From: a virus
Taxonomy: Duplodnaviria > Heunggongvirae > Uroviricota > Caudoviricetes
Direction: 5' to 3' (one strand)
IMG/VR virus record: IMGVR_UViG_3300045911_000760
Length of the DNA stretch: 64,000 nt
A program made the translations under genes and the position numbers. Below are positions 46,457 to 55,669 of this stretch, in pieces. The notes beneath the pieces are model-generated. The model had not been told where the DNA came from. It was given only the letters and a program-made list of their open reading frames with translations, and did no database searches. The stretch's first letter is position 1, and each line of letters opens with the position of its first letter.

Positions 46457-47319
46457 TTCACCTGCAGCATCGGGATCGGCCCCGACCCGGTGTAGTGCGG
46501 AAGCTGGCCGTTCCAGCGCTCGGCGATGCGGAGCTGGATCAGGTTGGGGTTCGCCTCGAGCGCCTTCGATTCGCGGGCGATTGCCTCGGCTCGCGCCTTC
46601 GACTCGACCTCCGTCTTGAAGGCGATCGACTCGGCCGACAGCCGGCGCTCGGCGGCTTCCGCCTCCGCTTGGGTCACCCGCTTCTTCTTCTCGTTCTCCG
46701 CCTTCAAAGCCTCTTGCTCGGCCTTCACCTTCTGCTCGATGGCGTGGTTGAACTCTGGGGAGAACTCGAAGTCGGTCACCGCCACGTTGGCTAGGCGAAC
46801 GGCGCCCTGGATGTCCTTGTCACGCAAGGTCTTGTCGACGAATTCGGCAATTGCTCGCTCGATTCCACCCTTCACTTCGGCGCGGTGCGTGATGAGCCGC
46901 TCCGCGTTGTAGAGACTCGTGACGGACTTCACACTTTCCTGGATTGCTGGCTTCAGGAGCGCAGCCTCGGCCGCTTCCGAGAAGCCAAACCGCTGCGCCA
47001 TCCGCGGCGCGAACCCAGGCTGGATGCTGTACTGAACCGTCACCGCGGTTTCGACGACCTGCAGGTCCTTCGACGCCGCTTTCGCGTCCTGGCTGATCGC
47101 GCGCATCTTCACGTCGACCTTGTCGACGCTCGCCCATGGGCGGAGGAAGTGCATGCCCTCGGGGAGGGTGTACGGCTGCACGGCACCGAAGTGCTTCACG
47201 ACTCCGACGTGTCCGGAGTCGATGGTTGAGCAGCTTGTTACGAGGCAAACGAGGCTCACCAGCGCGAGTAGCGCGGCGAGGATGATGCCGGAGGGAACGT
47301 CGTCGTCGTGTCGTGACAT
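46453..47319 (-). CDS. SPFH / band-7 (prohibitin/HflC-like) membrane protein
   Basis: N-terminal TM segment. SPFH core (VVKHFGAVQPYTLPEGMHFLRPW...). Ala/Glu-rich coiled-coil C-terminus (KAEQEALKAENEKKKRVTQAEAEAAERR). Confidence 0.7.
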   Translation of the reverse strand: MSRHDDDVPSGIILAALLALVSLVCLVTSCSTIDSGHVGVVKHFGAVQPYTLPEGMHFLRPWASVDKVDVKMRAISQDAKAASKDLQVVETAVTVQYSIQPGFAPRMAQRFGFSEAAEAALLKPAIQESVKSVTSLYNAERLITHRAEVKGGIERAIAEFVDKTLRDKDIQGAVRLANVAVTDFEFSPEFNHAIEQKVKAEQEALKAENEKKKRVTQAEAEAAERRLSAESIAFKTEVESKARAEAIARESKALEANPNLIQLRIAERWNGQLPHYTGSGPIPMLQVK

Positions 47320-47365
47320 TGGTGTGCTGGTCCTTTCAAGTGCACAGAGATGCCATATGGCAGCA

Positions 47366-48112
47366 CTATCCGCGAGGGAAATCGTCTTTGGGGCCGTCTC
47401 GGTCGGGGTCGCCCGGATCGAACGCTTCGATGACTGCTGCCCCCTGAATCATCCGCCGGGCCACTGCGTCGCCGTAGACGCGCCGCAGTCTCCCCACGCC
47501 CCAGTTGCTTGTGATGATTGTGGGGTTCGGCAGGTCGTAGCGGGCGGCGAGCAGCCCGGCGATCAGCTTGTGGTCCCCCTCCCAGCCGACTTCGTCGAGG
47601 AACAGGAGCTTCGCGTAGACCGCGTCGCGGTACATGTCGCACTCGCCCTTGCCGAGCGGGTGGGCCCGCACCTCGCGCTCGAGCTGCTGGGCGCGGACCC
47701 ACCGCATGCCCTGGGCCCGAACCCACGGGTCGCCGCCACCGTACCAGGCGTCACGTAGCAAGCGCCGGAACAGGATGCCTGCGGCAGTGGACTTGCCTTT
47801 GCCGGTGGACCCGAGGAGCAGGAGGTTTCCACCTCCCCAGTTCCACTTCAGCGCGGCATCGAGGAGTTCCCGCGAGGTGACCCAGGAGGCGAGTTCCGAG
47901 GCCTTGGGTGCCACCAGGAAGCGCGGGAGTCGGTCCCGGATGACGGATGACTCCGACCAGCGGGCATGGCGTTCTGAGCGCCGCAGCGCCTCGGGATCGG
48001 GCCCGGGCGGCGGGTTGGCCATGGCGTCCCGGAGCCACGCTGGGAGGGCGTCCTCGAGCGGCGCAGGTGCGTCCTCCGGGGACATGTGCTGGGGCTTCGT
48101 CCCGTCCGTCAT
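47366..48112 (-). CDS. DnaC/IstB-like AAA+ helicase loader
   Basis: Walker A GSTGKGKS and Walker B LLFLDEVG. Internal Met start (MTDGTKPQH) has an ATGA overlap with the upstream replication gene. Confidence 0.7.
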   Translation of the reverse strand: MTDGTKPQHMSPEDAPAPLEDALPAWLRDAMANPPPGPDPEALRRSERHARWSESSVIRDRLPRFLVAPKASELASWVTSRELLDAALKWNWGGGNLLLLGSTGKGKSTAAGILFRRLLRDAWYGGGDPWVRAQGMRWVRAQQLEREVRAHPLGKGECDMYRDAVYAKLLFLDEVGWEGDHKLIAGLLAARYDLPNPTIITSNWGVGRLRRVYGDAVARRMIQGAAVIEAFDPGDPDRDGPKDDFPRG

Positions 48113-49002
48113 CGCTTCGCTCCGTGCCGGGCCAGGAAGTCGTCGGTGCTCACGGTCTGGTCGGTCGCTGGGAGCGGTGAGGCGCGCGCGTGCCGAGGCG
48201 GCGGAGCCTTCCCGAGCATCTCGTCGCGCTTCTTCGGGTCGTTCCACCAAGCCGTGAGGGTCGTGATGAGCGACCGCCTCCAGGCGCCGAGTGGCCTCTC
48301 GGCCTGGCTCGCAAATCGAGCCCGAGCCCAGGGCGTTGCGCGTTCGATGGCGTGCCTAGGAATCCCCGGGCTCTGCTCCAGTTGGGCGCACTCCGGGTCT
48401 GTCAGCACTAGGTCGGGGGGGCATGGGACCTTGCCCGTCGGCGGCTCGTCTGGGACTGGAGCCGTTGACGAGGTCCCCCCTGCACCCCCCTCAGAACAAA
48501 CATCTCCAGATCCAACACCAACACCATCACCAGAGTGACGCGGTGATGGTTGCGAGATGCCCAGTGATGCGTCACCTGGCGTCACCGGAGCTTGTGACGC
48601 GTCACGAGTCGGGTCGTGCGACTGGTCGGTAGTTTCCTCTTTCGCCCGAGAGTCCCTCCACTTGCGGGTACGTTTGGCTCCGGGCGACTCTGGATCGCCT
48701 TTACGCTCGCGGAAGCGCGGATGGTTCAGGATCGTCCAGCCGCCCTCGGTTGGCGCGATGCGTCGCCCTTCGTAGTCTCCGTTTCGCGAGTCGGGGTCCG
48801 GAGAGGAGAGCACTTGGAGTGCGCGGAGGCACTCCTCCCTGGAGCAGTTCGCGCGTCGTGCGAGCCCTGAGACGGAGGCGGAGACGATTCCCCGCTTGCC
48901 GCCCATCGCCAGCATCGTGATCCACACGATTCGTGTCGCGTGGTCCTCCAGCCAGATGCTGGAGTCGAGGATCTCCTCGTACAGCTTGACGTACCCGCTC
49001 AC
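48109..49002 (-). CDS. replication initiator / replisome organiser (N-terminal phage replisome-organiser HTH domain)
   Basis: N-terminus MSGYVKLYEEILDSSIWLEDHATRIVWITMLAMGGKRGIVSASVSGLARRANCSREECLRAL matches the Phage_rep_org_N pattern. Directly followed by the DnaC-like gene. Confidence 0.6.
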   Translation of the reverse strand: MSGYVKLYEEILDSSIWLEDHATRIVWITMLAMGGKRGIVSASVSGLARRANCSREECLRALQVLSSPDPDSRNGDYEGRRIAPTEGGWTILNHPRFRERKGDPESPGAKRTRKWRDSRAKEETTDQSHDPTRDASQAPVTPGDASLGISQPSPRHSGDGVGVGSGDVCSEGGAGGTSSTAPVPDEPPTGKVPCPPDLVLTDPECAQLEQSPGIPRHAIERATPWARARFASQAERPLGAWRRSLITTLTAWWNDPKKRDEMLGKAPPPRHARASPLPATDQTVSTDDFLARHGAKR

Positions 49003-49676
49003 GAGTTAGCCTCCTCGGTGCTGCCATTTGGCAGCGCCATAGACGCACGTGGGCCTTCGTAGAAGCGCGCCCGCCTCATCACGGGCCGGAGCTCCCCGCC
49101 TCCGAACGCCACCTGCAGCTTCTCCCAGTCGTCGTCCTTGCCGCCCCGGGCCATGACCTTCCTGCCCACGACGAGTTCGAACTCCCCGGTGGGGACCCTC
49201 TCTGGGTAGAGTGAGTGCCGGGTGCTCCGTCGCTGCCTGGCCTGTTCCTCGGGCGTAGGGCGCCCCTGGAGCGCTCCGGAGGTCTCATGCTCCGAAGCTG
49301 CGTCCGGCGCCGGCGGGCTGTCCCCTGGGCGCCTGGGAGGCCTGGGTATGTAGCGGGGCTTGCGCTGCTCCGGGGGGAGTTTGGGCCGACCGAGCTTCAT
49401 GCAGGCCTCGCAGGCCAGGGTGCACTCGATGCCACGGGCCGTGGTGCGTCGCACGAACTGCCGCATGTACTTCAGGGCGAGGTCACGGGTTCCCGTGCCG
49501 CACTTCGTGCAGGCGCAGTGCCAAACGACTCCCATGCCGGGCTCGATGCGGAGCGGGTAGCGTGGGGCAAGGAACCCGAACGTCTCTCCGGAGGCGTCTC
49601 GGACGTGGACCTTGGGGTTGTTGCCGGCAAGCTTGATGAGCTGGGCTCGGATGTCGAGTTCTGGGGCCGGTGTCAT
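48999..49676 (-). CDS. hypothetical protein with a Cys cluster (possible zinc-binding)
   Basis: 225 aa; CACTKCGTG...CTLACEAC. Confidence 0.4.
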   Translation of the reverse strand: MTPAPELDIRAQLIKLAGNNPKVHVRDASGETFGFLAPRYPLRIEPGMGVVWHCACTKCGTGTRDLALKYMRQFVRRTTARGIECTLACEACMKLGRPKLPPEQRKPRYIPRPPRRPGDSPPAPDAASEHETSGALQGRPTPEEQARQRRSTRHSLYPERVPTGEFELVVGRKVMARGGKDDDWEKLQVAFGGGELRPVMRRARFYEGPRASMALPNGSTEEANS

Positions 49677-51457
49677 AGCAGCGATTTCTGCACGAGTTCG
49701 GGGCGCTGAGGGGGTGGGGGAGCGGGCTTCGGGCGCGCGGGGGAGGCGCGCTCGCGCCCCTTCTTGAGGTAGGCGGCGGCGAGTTCGCGGATCTGGTCAC
49801 CGGACACGTCGAGCTTCTCGATGAGGTCCTGCGTCGGGTTCCGGAGGCCCTCAAGCTGCGAGCGCTTGACCTGCAAGAGGTCGGCGACAATCGGGTCGCT
49901 CCCTTCCGGCGACAGGAGGTAGTACGCGACGACGGAGTTCTTCTGGCCGTCGCGGTGGAGGCGCCCCACGCACTGGTCCATCACCCCAGTCGACCAGTCC
50001 AGCTCACCGAAGACGATCGTTCGGCATCGCTCCTGCAGCCCGTCGAGCCCGGCCCCGGCGCGGAGGGAGATGATCATCAGCGACGTCTCGCCCGAGAGGA
50101 AGCGCTCCTTGGCTGCGTTCTTCTGGGGCTCGGACTCGCTGCCCGTGTACATCGAAGGTGCGTACTCAGCGAGGCGCTCTTGCCATACCGAGTACACGTC
50201 CCTGTGCCACCCGAACAGGACGACGGGCTCGCCGCTCTCCAGGAGGATCCGTACGAAGTCCGCAACATATGGCGCCTTGGCCACGCCGGTAGCGTGCCGA
50301 ACGAGTGCGCTCAGCTCCTGAGCCGCCTGCATCTTCTCGCCACGGAACGACTGCCCCGACTCCAGGATCACGCGGGCCAAGTCGGTCGCCGCACTTTCGA
50401 TGTCCTTCAGGTGATGCTCGTCGACGTCGACCTCATGCGGGACCCGCACCACCTCGGGGAGCTCGCGACCAACTTCCTCGCGCGTTCGACGGAGCATGAC
50501 CGCGGTCTCGCGGAGGTAGGTGCCGAACGCCTTCGGGTTCTGGAGCTTCGCTCGTCCGTGCGCGTCGACCTCTCCGCACCACTCGGTGCGGAACTCCTCG
50601 AGCGTCCCGAGTGCGTTCGGCGCAACTGGGCGCAGGACGTTCCAGATCTCCCCGCCAAGGTTGTAGATCGGGGTGGCGGTCAAAGAGAGGCGGTACTCGC
50701 ACGCGTCCGCGATCGTCCGAGCGGCAGCGCCTTTCTTGGTGCCGTCGCCCGAGCGCAATTCTTGCCCTTCATCGAAGGTGACACTGCGCACAACGCCAGC
50801 AAGCGTTTCGCTCCAACCTCCGAGCTTGTGGTAATTGGTGATGATCACGTCCGGAGATGTTCCGGGCATGGCGAGCTGCCCGCGCCTGGCCCGCGGCGAG
50901 AGCGTCAGGTCGTAGGGCGTCCCCTTCTTGAGGATGTGCGTGCTCAGCTGGGGGGCGAACTTGCGGAGTTCGGCTTGCCACTGGCGCGTCAAGTGGGTGA
51001 GCGTCACCACAAGCGCCGGGCGCGCCCGCGGGTCGGAGATCATGCAGATCGCGGAAGCGGTCTTGCCTAGGCCAAGGTCATCGCAGAGGAGCAGCCCTCG
51101 ATTCGTGAGCACGAGCTCGGCTGCCACCTTCTGATAGTCCCGGGGCGGAATGGCGAGTTCGAAGGCACGGGGGGCAGCCTGCCCTGCCAGCAGCTTCGCC
51201 ACGAGGGTTTCCCGCTCGCGGTGCACGCTCGCGCTCTCGTGGAGGCGCGCCGCGTCCTCCTTTGTCATCTCGAGTGGGTACCGCTCCAAGAACCAAGCGA
51301 GGTCCCGGCTTGTGTCGATCGTGTCGGCGAGCGTCAGGTTGTCCCCCGTCTTGCGGGTCAGCTGCGGGAACAGCCGCTTGGCCCGGATGATGACGTGGGG
51401 CTCCGCCTCGAGCTTCCACTTGCCCTTCGAGAGCTTCAGCGTTCCGTACGTCTTCAT
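49673..51457 (-). CDS. SNF2-family helicase
   Basis: Motif I LLLCDDLGLGKTASAICMI, motif II TFDEGQELRS, motif VI QCVGRLHRDGQ. Confidence 0.8.
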   Translation of the reverse strand: MKTYGTLKLSKGKWKLEAEPHVIIRAKRLFPQLTRKTGDNLTLADTIDTSRDLAWFLERYPLEMTKEDAARLHESASVHRERETLVAKLLAGQAAPRAFELAIPPRDYQKVAAELVLTNRGLLLCDDLGLGKTASAICMISDPRARPALVVTLTHLTRQWQAELRKFAPQLSTHILKKGTPYDLTLSPRARRGQLAMPGTSPDVIITNYHKLGGWSETLAGVVRSVTFDEGQELRSGDGTKKGAAARTIADACEYRLSLTATPIYNLGGEIWNVLRPVAPNALGTLEEFRTEWCGEVDAHGRAKLQNPKAFGTYLRETAVMLRRTREEVGRELPEVVRVPHEVDVDEHHLKDIESAATDLARVILESGQSFRGEKMQAAQELSALVRHATGVAKAPYVADFVRILLESGEPVVLFGWHRDVYSVWQERLAEYAPSMYTGSESEPQKNAAKERFLSGETSLMIISLRAGAGLDGLQERCRTIVFGELDWSTGVMDQCVGRLHRDGQKNSVVAYYLLSPEGSDPIVADLLQVKRSQLEGLRNPTQDLIEKLDVSGDQIRELAAAYLKKGRERASPARPKPAPPPPQRPELVQKSLL

Positions 51458-51816
51458 AGTCCTCCCAAACAGATCGCAGCGACGCGCTTCTCGCGGAGGG
51501 CGCTCGGCAGCAGCAGGTGTTTCCGTCGCGTGCTCACCAGCACGAGCTCAGAGACGCGCTCGTGCTGGGCGTATCGGTCCAGCTGGCGGATGAGCTGCGC
51601 CAGGGACCCATCGACCTTCAGCTCCACCCCGACCGACCCCACCATGAAGTCGATGCGGTCCCGCGGAGAGAGCCGGACCTCCCGCTCGAAGGCCACGCCG
51701 GCCGCGTTGAGCAGCTGGGCTACGGCGTTGCCGAGCTCCTCCTCGTCCGTCGTGAGGACGGCGCGCCCGGAGAGGGCACGGCGGATCGTTTCGACGCTCA
51801 TCCGATCGGCCACCAC
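51454..51816 (-). CDS. VRR-NUC-like PD-(D/E)xK nuclease
   Basis: 120 aa with D...E.K arrangement (RIDFMVGSVGVELK). It is adjacent to the SNF2 helicase, a pairing common in phages. Confidence 0.45.
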   Translation of the reverse strand: MVADRMSVETIRRALSGRAVLTTDEEELGNAVAQLLNAAGVAFEREVRLSPRDRIDFMVGSVGVELKVDGSLAQLIRQLDRYAQHERVSELVLVSTRRKHLLLPSALREKRVAAICLGGL

Positions 51817-52424
51817 TCACTCCGTGGGTGGGCGAGGTCGAAGAGGAACCAAGCGAAGTCTCGGCTGCCCGAGCCTTCGCCGCCGAACTTGGGTCGGGTG
51901 CGGAAGGGGTGCTGGCAGCTCCGGTGCTTCGAGTGGATGTGCTTGCAGCGGTCGTCGCCCGTGGCGAAGGCCAGCGGCAGTAGCGTGGCAACGAACCCGT
52001 CCGGCTGGCAGAGTTCGATGGCCTTCTCCACGAACTCGCGCCCGATGGTCTCTCGCGGCTTCGAGTAGGGAGGGTTGAACAGCGCGAGCTTTCGGGCGCG
52101 ACTCTCCCGGCGGAAGCATTCGTGCAGCCGCTGCATCAGGAAGAAGTCGCCGTGGTGGAGACTCCACACTCGGTGCTTCGCCTCGAGCTCAGCGAACCGC
52201 CCGTCGTGGAGCTCCACCGCCCAGACGCCGGCAACGTCGAGGTGGGGTAGGGCAGCGTCGAGGATGGCCCCGTGCCCTGCAGCCGGCTCGAGGAGCGCCC
52301 ACCGCTCCCCCTGGGGGAGGAGCGGGAGCACGGCTTCCACGGCCCAGCGCGGGGTCGACCAGAAGTCGAGGTCGTCCCCCACCTGGGAGACGTCGATGCC
52401 TGGGAGCGCGAGGGTGCTAGGCAC
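51798..52424 (-). CDS. DNA methyltransferase (N6-adenine/N4-cytosine class, NPPY)
   Basis: Motif I ALLEPAAGHGAIL and motif IV LFNPPYS. Confidence 0.55.
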   Translation of the reverse strand: MPSTLALPGIDVSQVGDDLDFWSTPRWAVEAVLPLLPQGERWALLEPAAGHGAILDAALPHLDVAGVWAVELHDGRFAELEAKHRVWSLHHGDFFLMQRLHECFRRESRARKLALFNPPYSKPRETIGREFVEKAIELCQPDGFVATLLPLAFATGDDRCKHIHSKHRSCQHPFRTRPKFGGEGSGSRDFAWFLFDLAHPRSEWWPIG

Positions 52425-52704
52425 GTTCCCCCCTCAGAACCTCCTCGAGCCGGTCGAGGGACAGGTTCAGCGCGTCCCGCATGGTCGCGTAGCCCTCGCG
52501 CAGGGAGTACTGGACGACGAGCACCAAGACGTCCGCCATCTCCTTCGTGACCTTCGACCGGGGCACTCGCCCGCGCTCGTAGTCGGCGATGGCGGCGATG
52601 AGCTCCCCGCATTCACCCGTCGTCTGAAGCAACTGCTTCATGTCCTCGCGCTCGCGGACTGCCCGTTGGCAGACAGCGAGGAGGCGGCCGGTGATTTCGA
52701 TCAC
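52417..52704 (-). CDS. MazG-like nucleotide pyrophosphohydrolase domain protein
   Basis: 95 aa with E..E...E..D arrangement (ECGELIAAIADYERG...EMADVLVLV). Confidence 0.4.
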   Translation of the reverse strand: MIEITGRLLAVCQRAVREREDMKQLLQTTGECGELIAAIADYERGRVPRSKVTKEMADVLVLVVQYSLREGYATMRDALNLSLDRLEEVLRGERA

Positions 52705-53369
52705 GCGAGCACCCGATTGCCTTTCGCGAGCACAAGGGCATCAGCTGCCGCTCTGGCCTCCTCACGCGTTGGTGCCTCGCCCACGGCTCCGTCACCACTG
52801 TCCCCGTACCTGTACCAGCCCGGGGTATCGAAGGTCGCATGTGGCGCGCCGCCGATGTTCTTGGCGTTCCAAGCGTAGAACCCGGCCTTGTCCGCCCGAC
52901 ACTCCCGGTCGTCGCCATCGCTAAGCGAGTAGCGCGACCAGGCCGGAATAACCTGAGGGGCCATCTTCGCCAACGCGAGCCGGCGCTCCTCCGGAAGCGA
53001 TGCCCAGAACTGCTCCGGGGTGAGCTCGGTGTCGGTGCAGGCGGCGGTGGGCTCCTCCACGTGCTGCGCCGCAATCGCCGCCCTCACGTCCGCCGGCAGG
53101 TTCTCCAGGAACTCCTTCGGAGCAGAGCGGATCGCCTCCCATTGCCTCGGGTCTGCGGGGTACATGGCCGCCAGCCAGCCTTGGATCTGCACGGCGGCAA
53201 ACGCGCCGATCACCTTGTCGGACTCGTCGGAGCTGGTGGTGACGACCACGACCAGTCCCTTGGGGTTCATCTCGAGTTCGATGCGAATGCCCCGTTTGTC
53301 GAACCCGCGCTCCACCGCGGCGAGAAGTTCCTGGTACCTGCGCTTGCTGAATCGCTCGGTCTTCTTCAT
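52701..53369 (-). CDS. hypothetical protein
   Basis: 222-aa ORF with non-biased composition. Confidence 0.4.
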   Translation of the reverse strand: MKKTERFSKRRYQELLAAVERGFDKRGIRIELEMNPKGLVVVVTTSSDESDKVIGAFAAVQIQGWLAAMYPADPRQWEAIRSAPKEFLENLPADVRAAIAAQHVEEPTAACTDTELTPEQFWASLPEERRLALAKMAPQVIPAWSRYSLSDGDDRECRADKAGFYAWNAKNIGGAPHATFDTPGWYRYGDSGDGAVGEAPTREEARAAADALVLAKGNRVLA

Positions 53370-53635
53370 CGCCCCGTGACCTTCCCCTCAGCCACGCAGC
53401 TCGCAGCGAACAGCAGCTGCAGCGCAGCGTGGTGCAGCTTGAGCTCCCCGCTCGCCTCGTCGCGGCCCTCGTACATCGGGCCAGCGGCGCACATCGCCGT
53501 GTCCGCCTCGTGGAAGTGGAAGTCGGCGTCGAGGTGCCGCACTTCGACGACACCCTGAGAGACGATCCGCTCGAGCGCGTCGAGTTGGGCACCGAGCCCG
53601 ATGGCGTGGAGGTTGGGGTACTTGTCGTCCTTCAT
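53366..53635 (-). CDS. small hypothetical protein (89 aa)
   Basis: Internal ATG start has an ATGA overlap with the Dam-like gene stop. The upstream part of the listed ORF is Arg-rich. Confidence 0.3.
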   Translation of the reverse strand: MKDDKYPNLHAIGLGAQLDALERIVSQGVVEVRHLDADFHFHEADTAMCAAGPMYEGRDEASGELKLHHAALQLLFAASCVAEGKVTGR

Positions 53636-54819
53636 GAAGCCTCTCCGAACAGAGAAACCTGCCGGTTCTGCTCGAGCGGCAGGCAGTGGGGGCTGAACCA
53701 GATCCGCTCCTTTGAGCGGTTGTCGTTGCCCTCGGCGGCGTACCCGCGGGGCGCCTTCCAGGCGTACTCGCGCCACGTTGGTGGCATCTCGTGCTCACCC
53801 TCGTAGCCGCAGAGCGCGATCCGTAGGTCCGGGTCATCCCCGTGATCGAGCGCCCACTCGCGGACCCTGGAGGAGATCGCCGCCTCGTCCTCGGTGTAGA
53901 GGTACCGGCAGCGGAGGTCCAAGTCGTATGGCGGGTCGAGGAACACCGCGCATGGGCGGCGCCCCCCTACATTCTTGCCCTTGCCCAATACGCTGGGACC
54001 GAGCACCCGCGTCCAATCCCCGCAGGCAACACGAACCCGACGGAGACGCTCCTGCAGCCGGAGAAACCACTCCTCGCAAGGCGCGGCCGCAACCCCGTTC
54101 AGTCCGCGGTCGTTGCCCAGAGCAGTTAGGTGGACCCCCTGGCCCGCCTGTGAAAGAGCAGGGCGACGTCCAGGCGAGTAGGCGGCGCGCAAGGCCTCGT
54201 CCGAGTGGACTCCTCGGCCCGGGTTGTCCCCGGACATCACGGGGCGCTTCTGGTGGGTTCCGGAGTGGACTCCTCGCCCTGAGTGCATCCCGTTCCGCGT
54301 GGTGACGGCGAGGTCCGGGAGCTGGCGCTTCGGCTCGTAGCCCGCCTGGGAGTGCACACCCTTCCCGATTCCGTCCAGCTTGGGATGTTTCCTGTTCCGT
54401 GGCTCAGCGCACCAGCCGCCGCCGATCCACTGGCAGATGCCCCACACCCACCAGCCCGCAACCTTGGCGTCGTAGTAGTCCGGGTCGATGTGCATGCGCT
54501 CCCTGAACTCGTGCTGATTCACGAGCCAGAGGTGACGCGCGTGCATGTCCGCTTCGTTCACCGGGTAGTCGCACCACTCGGCCACCGCCCACGGGTCGTG
54601 CGTGATCGCACGCCAGAAGTTGGCGACGTAGCGGTCGATGTCGTTGACGGTCTCGATCTTCCCGGGGCCGCCCGGGCGAGCCAGGAGCACGGCGCCACTA
54701 CCAAAGAACGGTTCAACATAGTTGTTGATCGACGGTCCGAAGGCTTTCCAGACAACGTCTGCAACCCGCCTCTTCCCGCCGAACCAAGGAAAGGGCGCTC
54801 GTAGCGACTGCTCCGTCAC
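53632..54819 (-). CDS. DNA adenine methyltransferase, D12 (Dam-like) class, with an internal tandem-repeat insertion
   Basis: N-terminal FPWFGGKRR...EPFFGSGAV and catalytic FLDPPY. A central insertion carries 4x G(K/R/Q)GVHS repeats encoded by direct DNA repeats. Confidence 0.7.
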   Translation of the reverse strand: MTEQSLRAPFPWFGGKRRVADVVWKAFGPSINNYVEPFFGSGAVLLARPGGPGKIETVNDIDRYVANFWRAITHDPWAVAEWCDYPVNEADMHARHLWLVNQHEFRERMHIDPDYYDAKVAGWWVWGICQWIGGGWCAEPRNRKHPKLDGIGKGVHSQAGYEPKRQLPDLAVTTRNGMHSGRGVHSGTHQKRPVMSGDNPGRGVHSDEALRAAYSPGRRPALSQAGQGVHLTALGNDRGLNGVAAAPCEEWFLRLQERLRRVRVACGDWTRVLGPSVLGKGKNVGGRRPCAVFLDPPYDLDLRCRYLYTEDEAAISSRVREWALDHGDDPDLRIALCGYEGEHEMPPTWREYAWKAPRGYAAEGNDNRSKERIWFSPHCLPLEQNRQVSLFGEAS

Positions 54820-54884
54820 AGGACCCCTCCAGGTCGCTCGCTCCAGCGCTTGCCGTTGAAGTAGTTCGGGCTACATTCCTGCCA

Positions 54885-55400
54885 ATGCGCCGCGCGGATG
54901 GGACGTTTGCTCCTGGATTCCCAGCAGAGAATCACCTCCCGGTCGGCACGGTGCGCATCCGAACTAGGCACAAGCGGGGCGGCGTGAAACGCGCCTGGGT
55001 CAAGGTTGCCGAGCCCAACAAGTGGAAGCTGCGGGCTCAGGTAGTGTGGGAAGCCCAGCATGGACCGATGCCGCGTGGGACGGTCGTCCACCACAAGGAC
55101 GAGAACACGCTGAACGACGCCATTGATAACCTCGAACTGCTCACGAAGGCCGCCCACCTCGATGAACATCGGGGGATGTATCTCGGGACGACGGTGCCGA
55201 AGCTGATCGAGGCACGGCGGTCGCGTCGTTGGTCGACCAAGAGCGAAACGAAGCGTACCGGGGCTCCGCCGAAGTACGACGACGCTGCGCTTGAGGCGGC
55301 CAGAGTGGAAATCGCGAGAGGCATGAGCCCGAACGAGGCGGCCAAACGGTTCGGCGTGTCGCGCACGACCTGCTACCGATTGAAGAGCGGAGTGCGCTGA
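54885..55400 (+). CDS. HNH endonuclease with C-terminal HTH (free-standing, homing-endonuclease-like)
   Basis: HNH_3-type motif GTVVHHKDENTLNDAIDNLELLTKAAH. C-terminal HTH (AKRFGVSRTTCYRLK). Plus strand within a minus-strand gene block; lower local GC. Confidence 0.65.
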   Translation: MRRADGTFAPGFPAENHLPVGTVRIRTRHKRGGVKRAWVKVAEPNKWKLRAQVVWEAQHGPMPRGTVVHHKDENTLNDAIDNLELLTKAAHLDEHRGMYLGTTVPKLIEARRSRRWSTKSETKRTGAPPKYDDAALEAARVEIARGMSPNEAAKRFGVSRTTCYRLKSGVR

Positions 55401-55428
55401 CACGCACCACACCACGTCCCGGAGCACG

Positions 55429-55623
55429 TTAGCCATGGGAGTTCTCCAGAGATCCGACGTAGCAGAGGGCTTTGACGAACGCTCCGTTCGGCTCGCGCCG
55501 CTCCTCACCGCGCCCAAGCGGGCCGTTCTGCCATGAAATGCACAGGCCGTTCCCGCTGACGACTCCGCCTGCCGGATTGCCGTCGTTGTCGGTCCAGTTT
55601 TCGTGTTTGATGATCTGTGGCAC
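55429..55623 (-). CDS. small hypothetical protein (64 aa)
   Basis: ORF between the HNH gene and the C5 methyltransferase gene. Confidence 0.25.
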   Translation of the reverse strand: MPQIIKHENWTDNDGNPAGGVVSGNGLCISWQNGPLGRGEERREPNGAFVKALCYVGSLENSHG

Positions 55624-55669
55624 GTCTTTTCCTTGGTTGTCCGCCTGAGGCGGTTTGACTGATTAGGGG

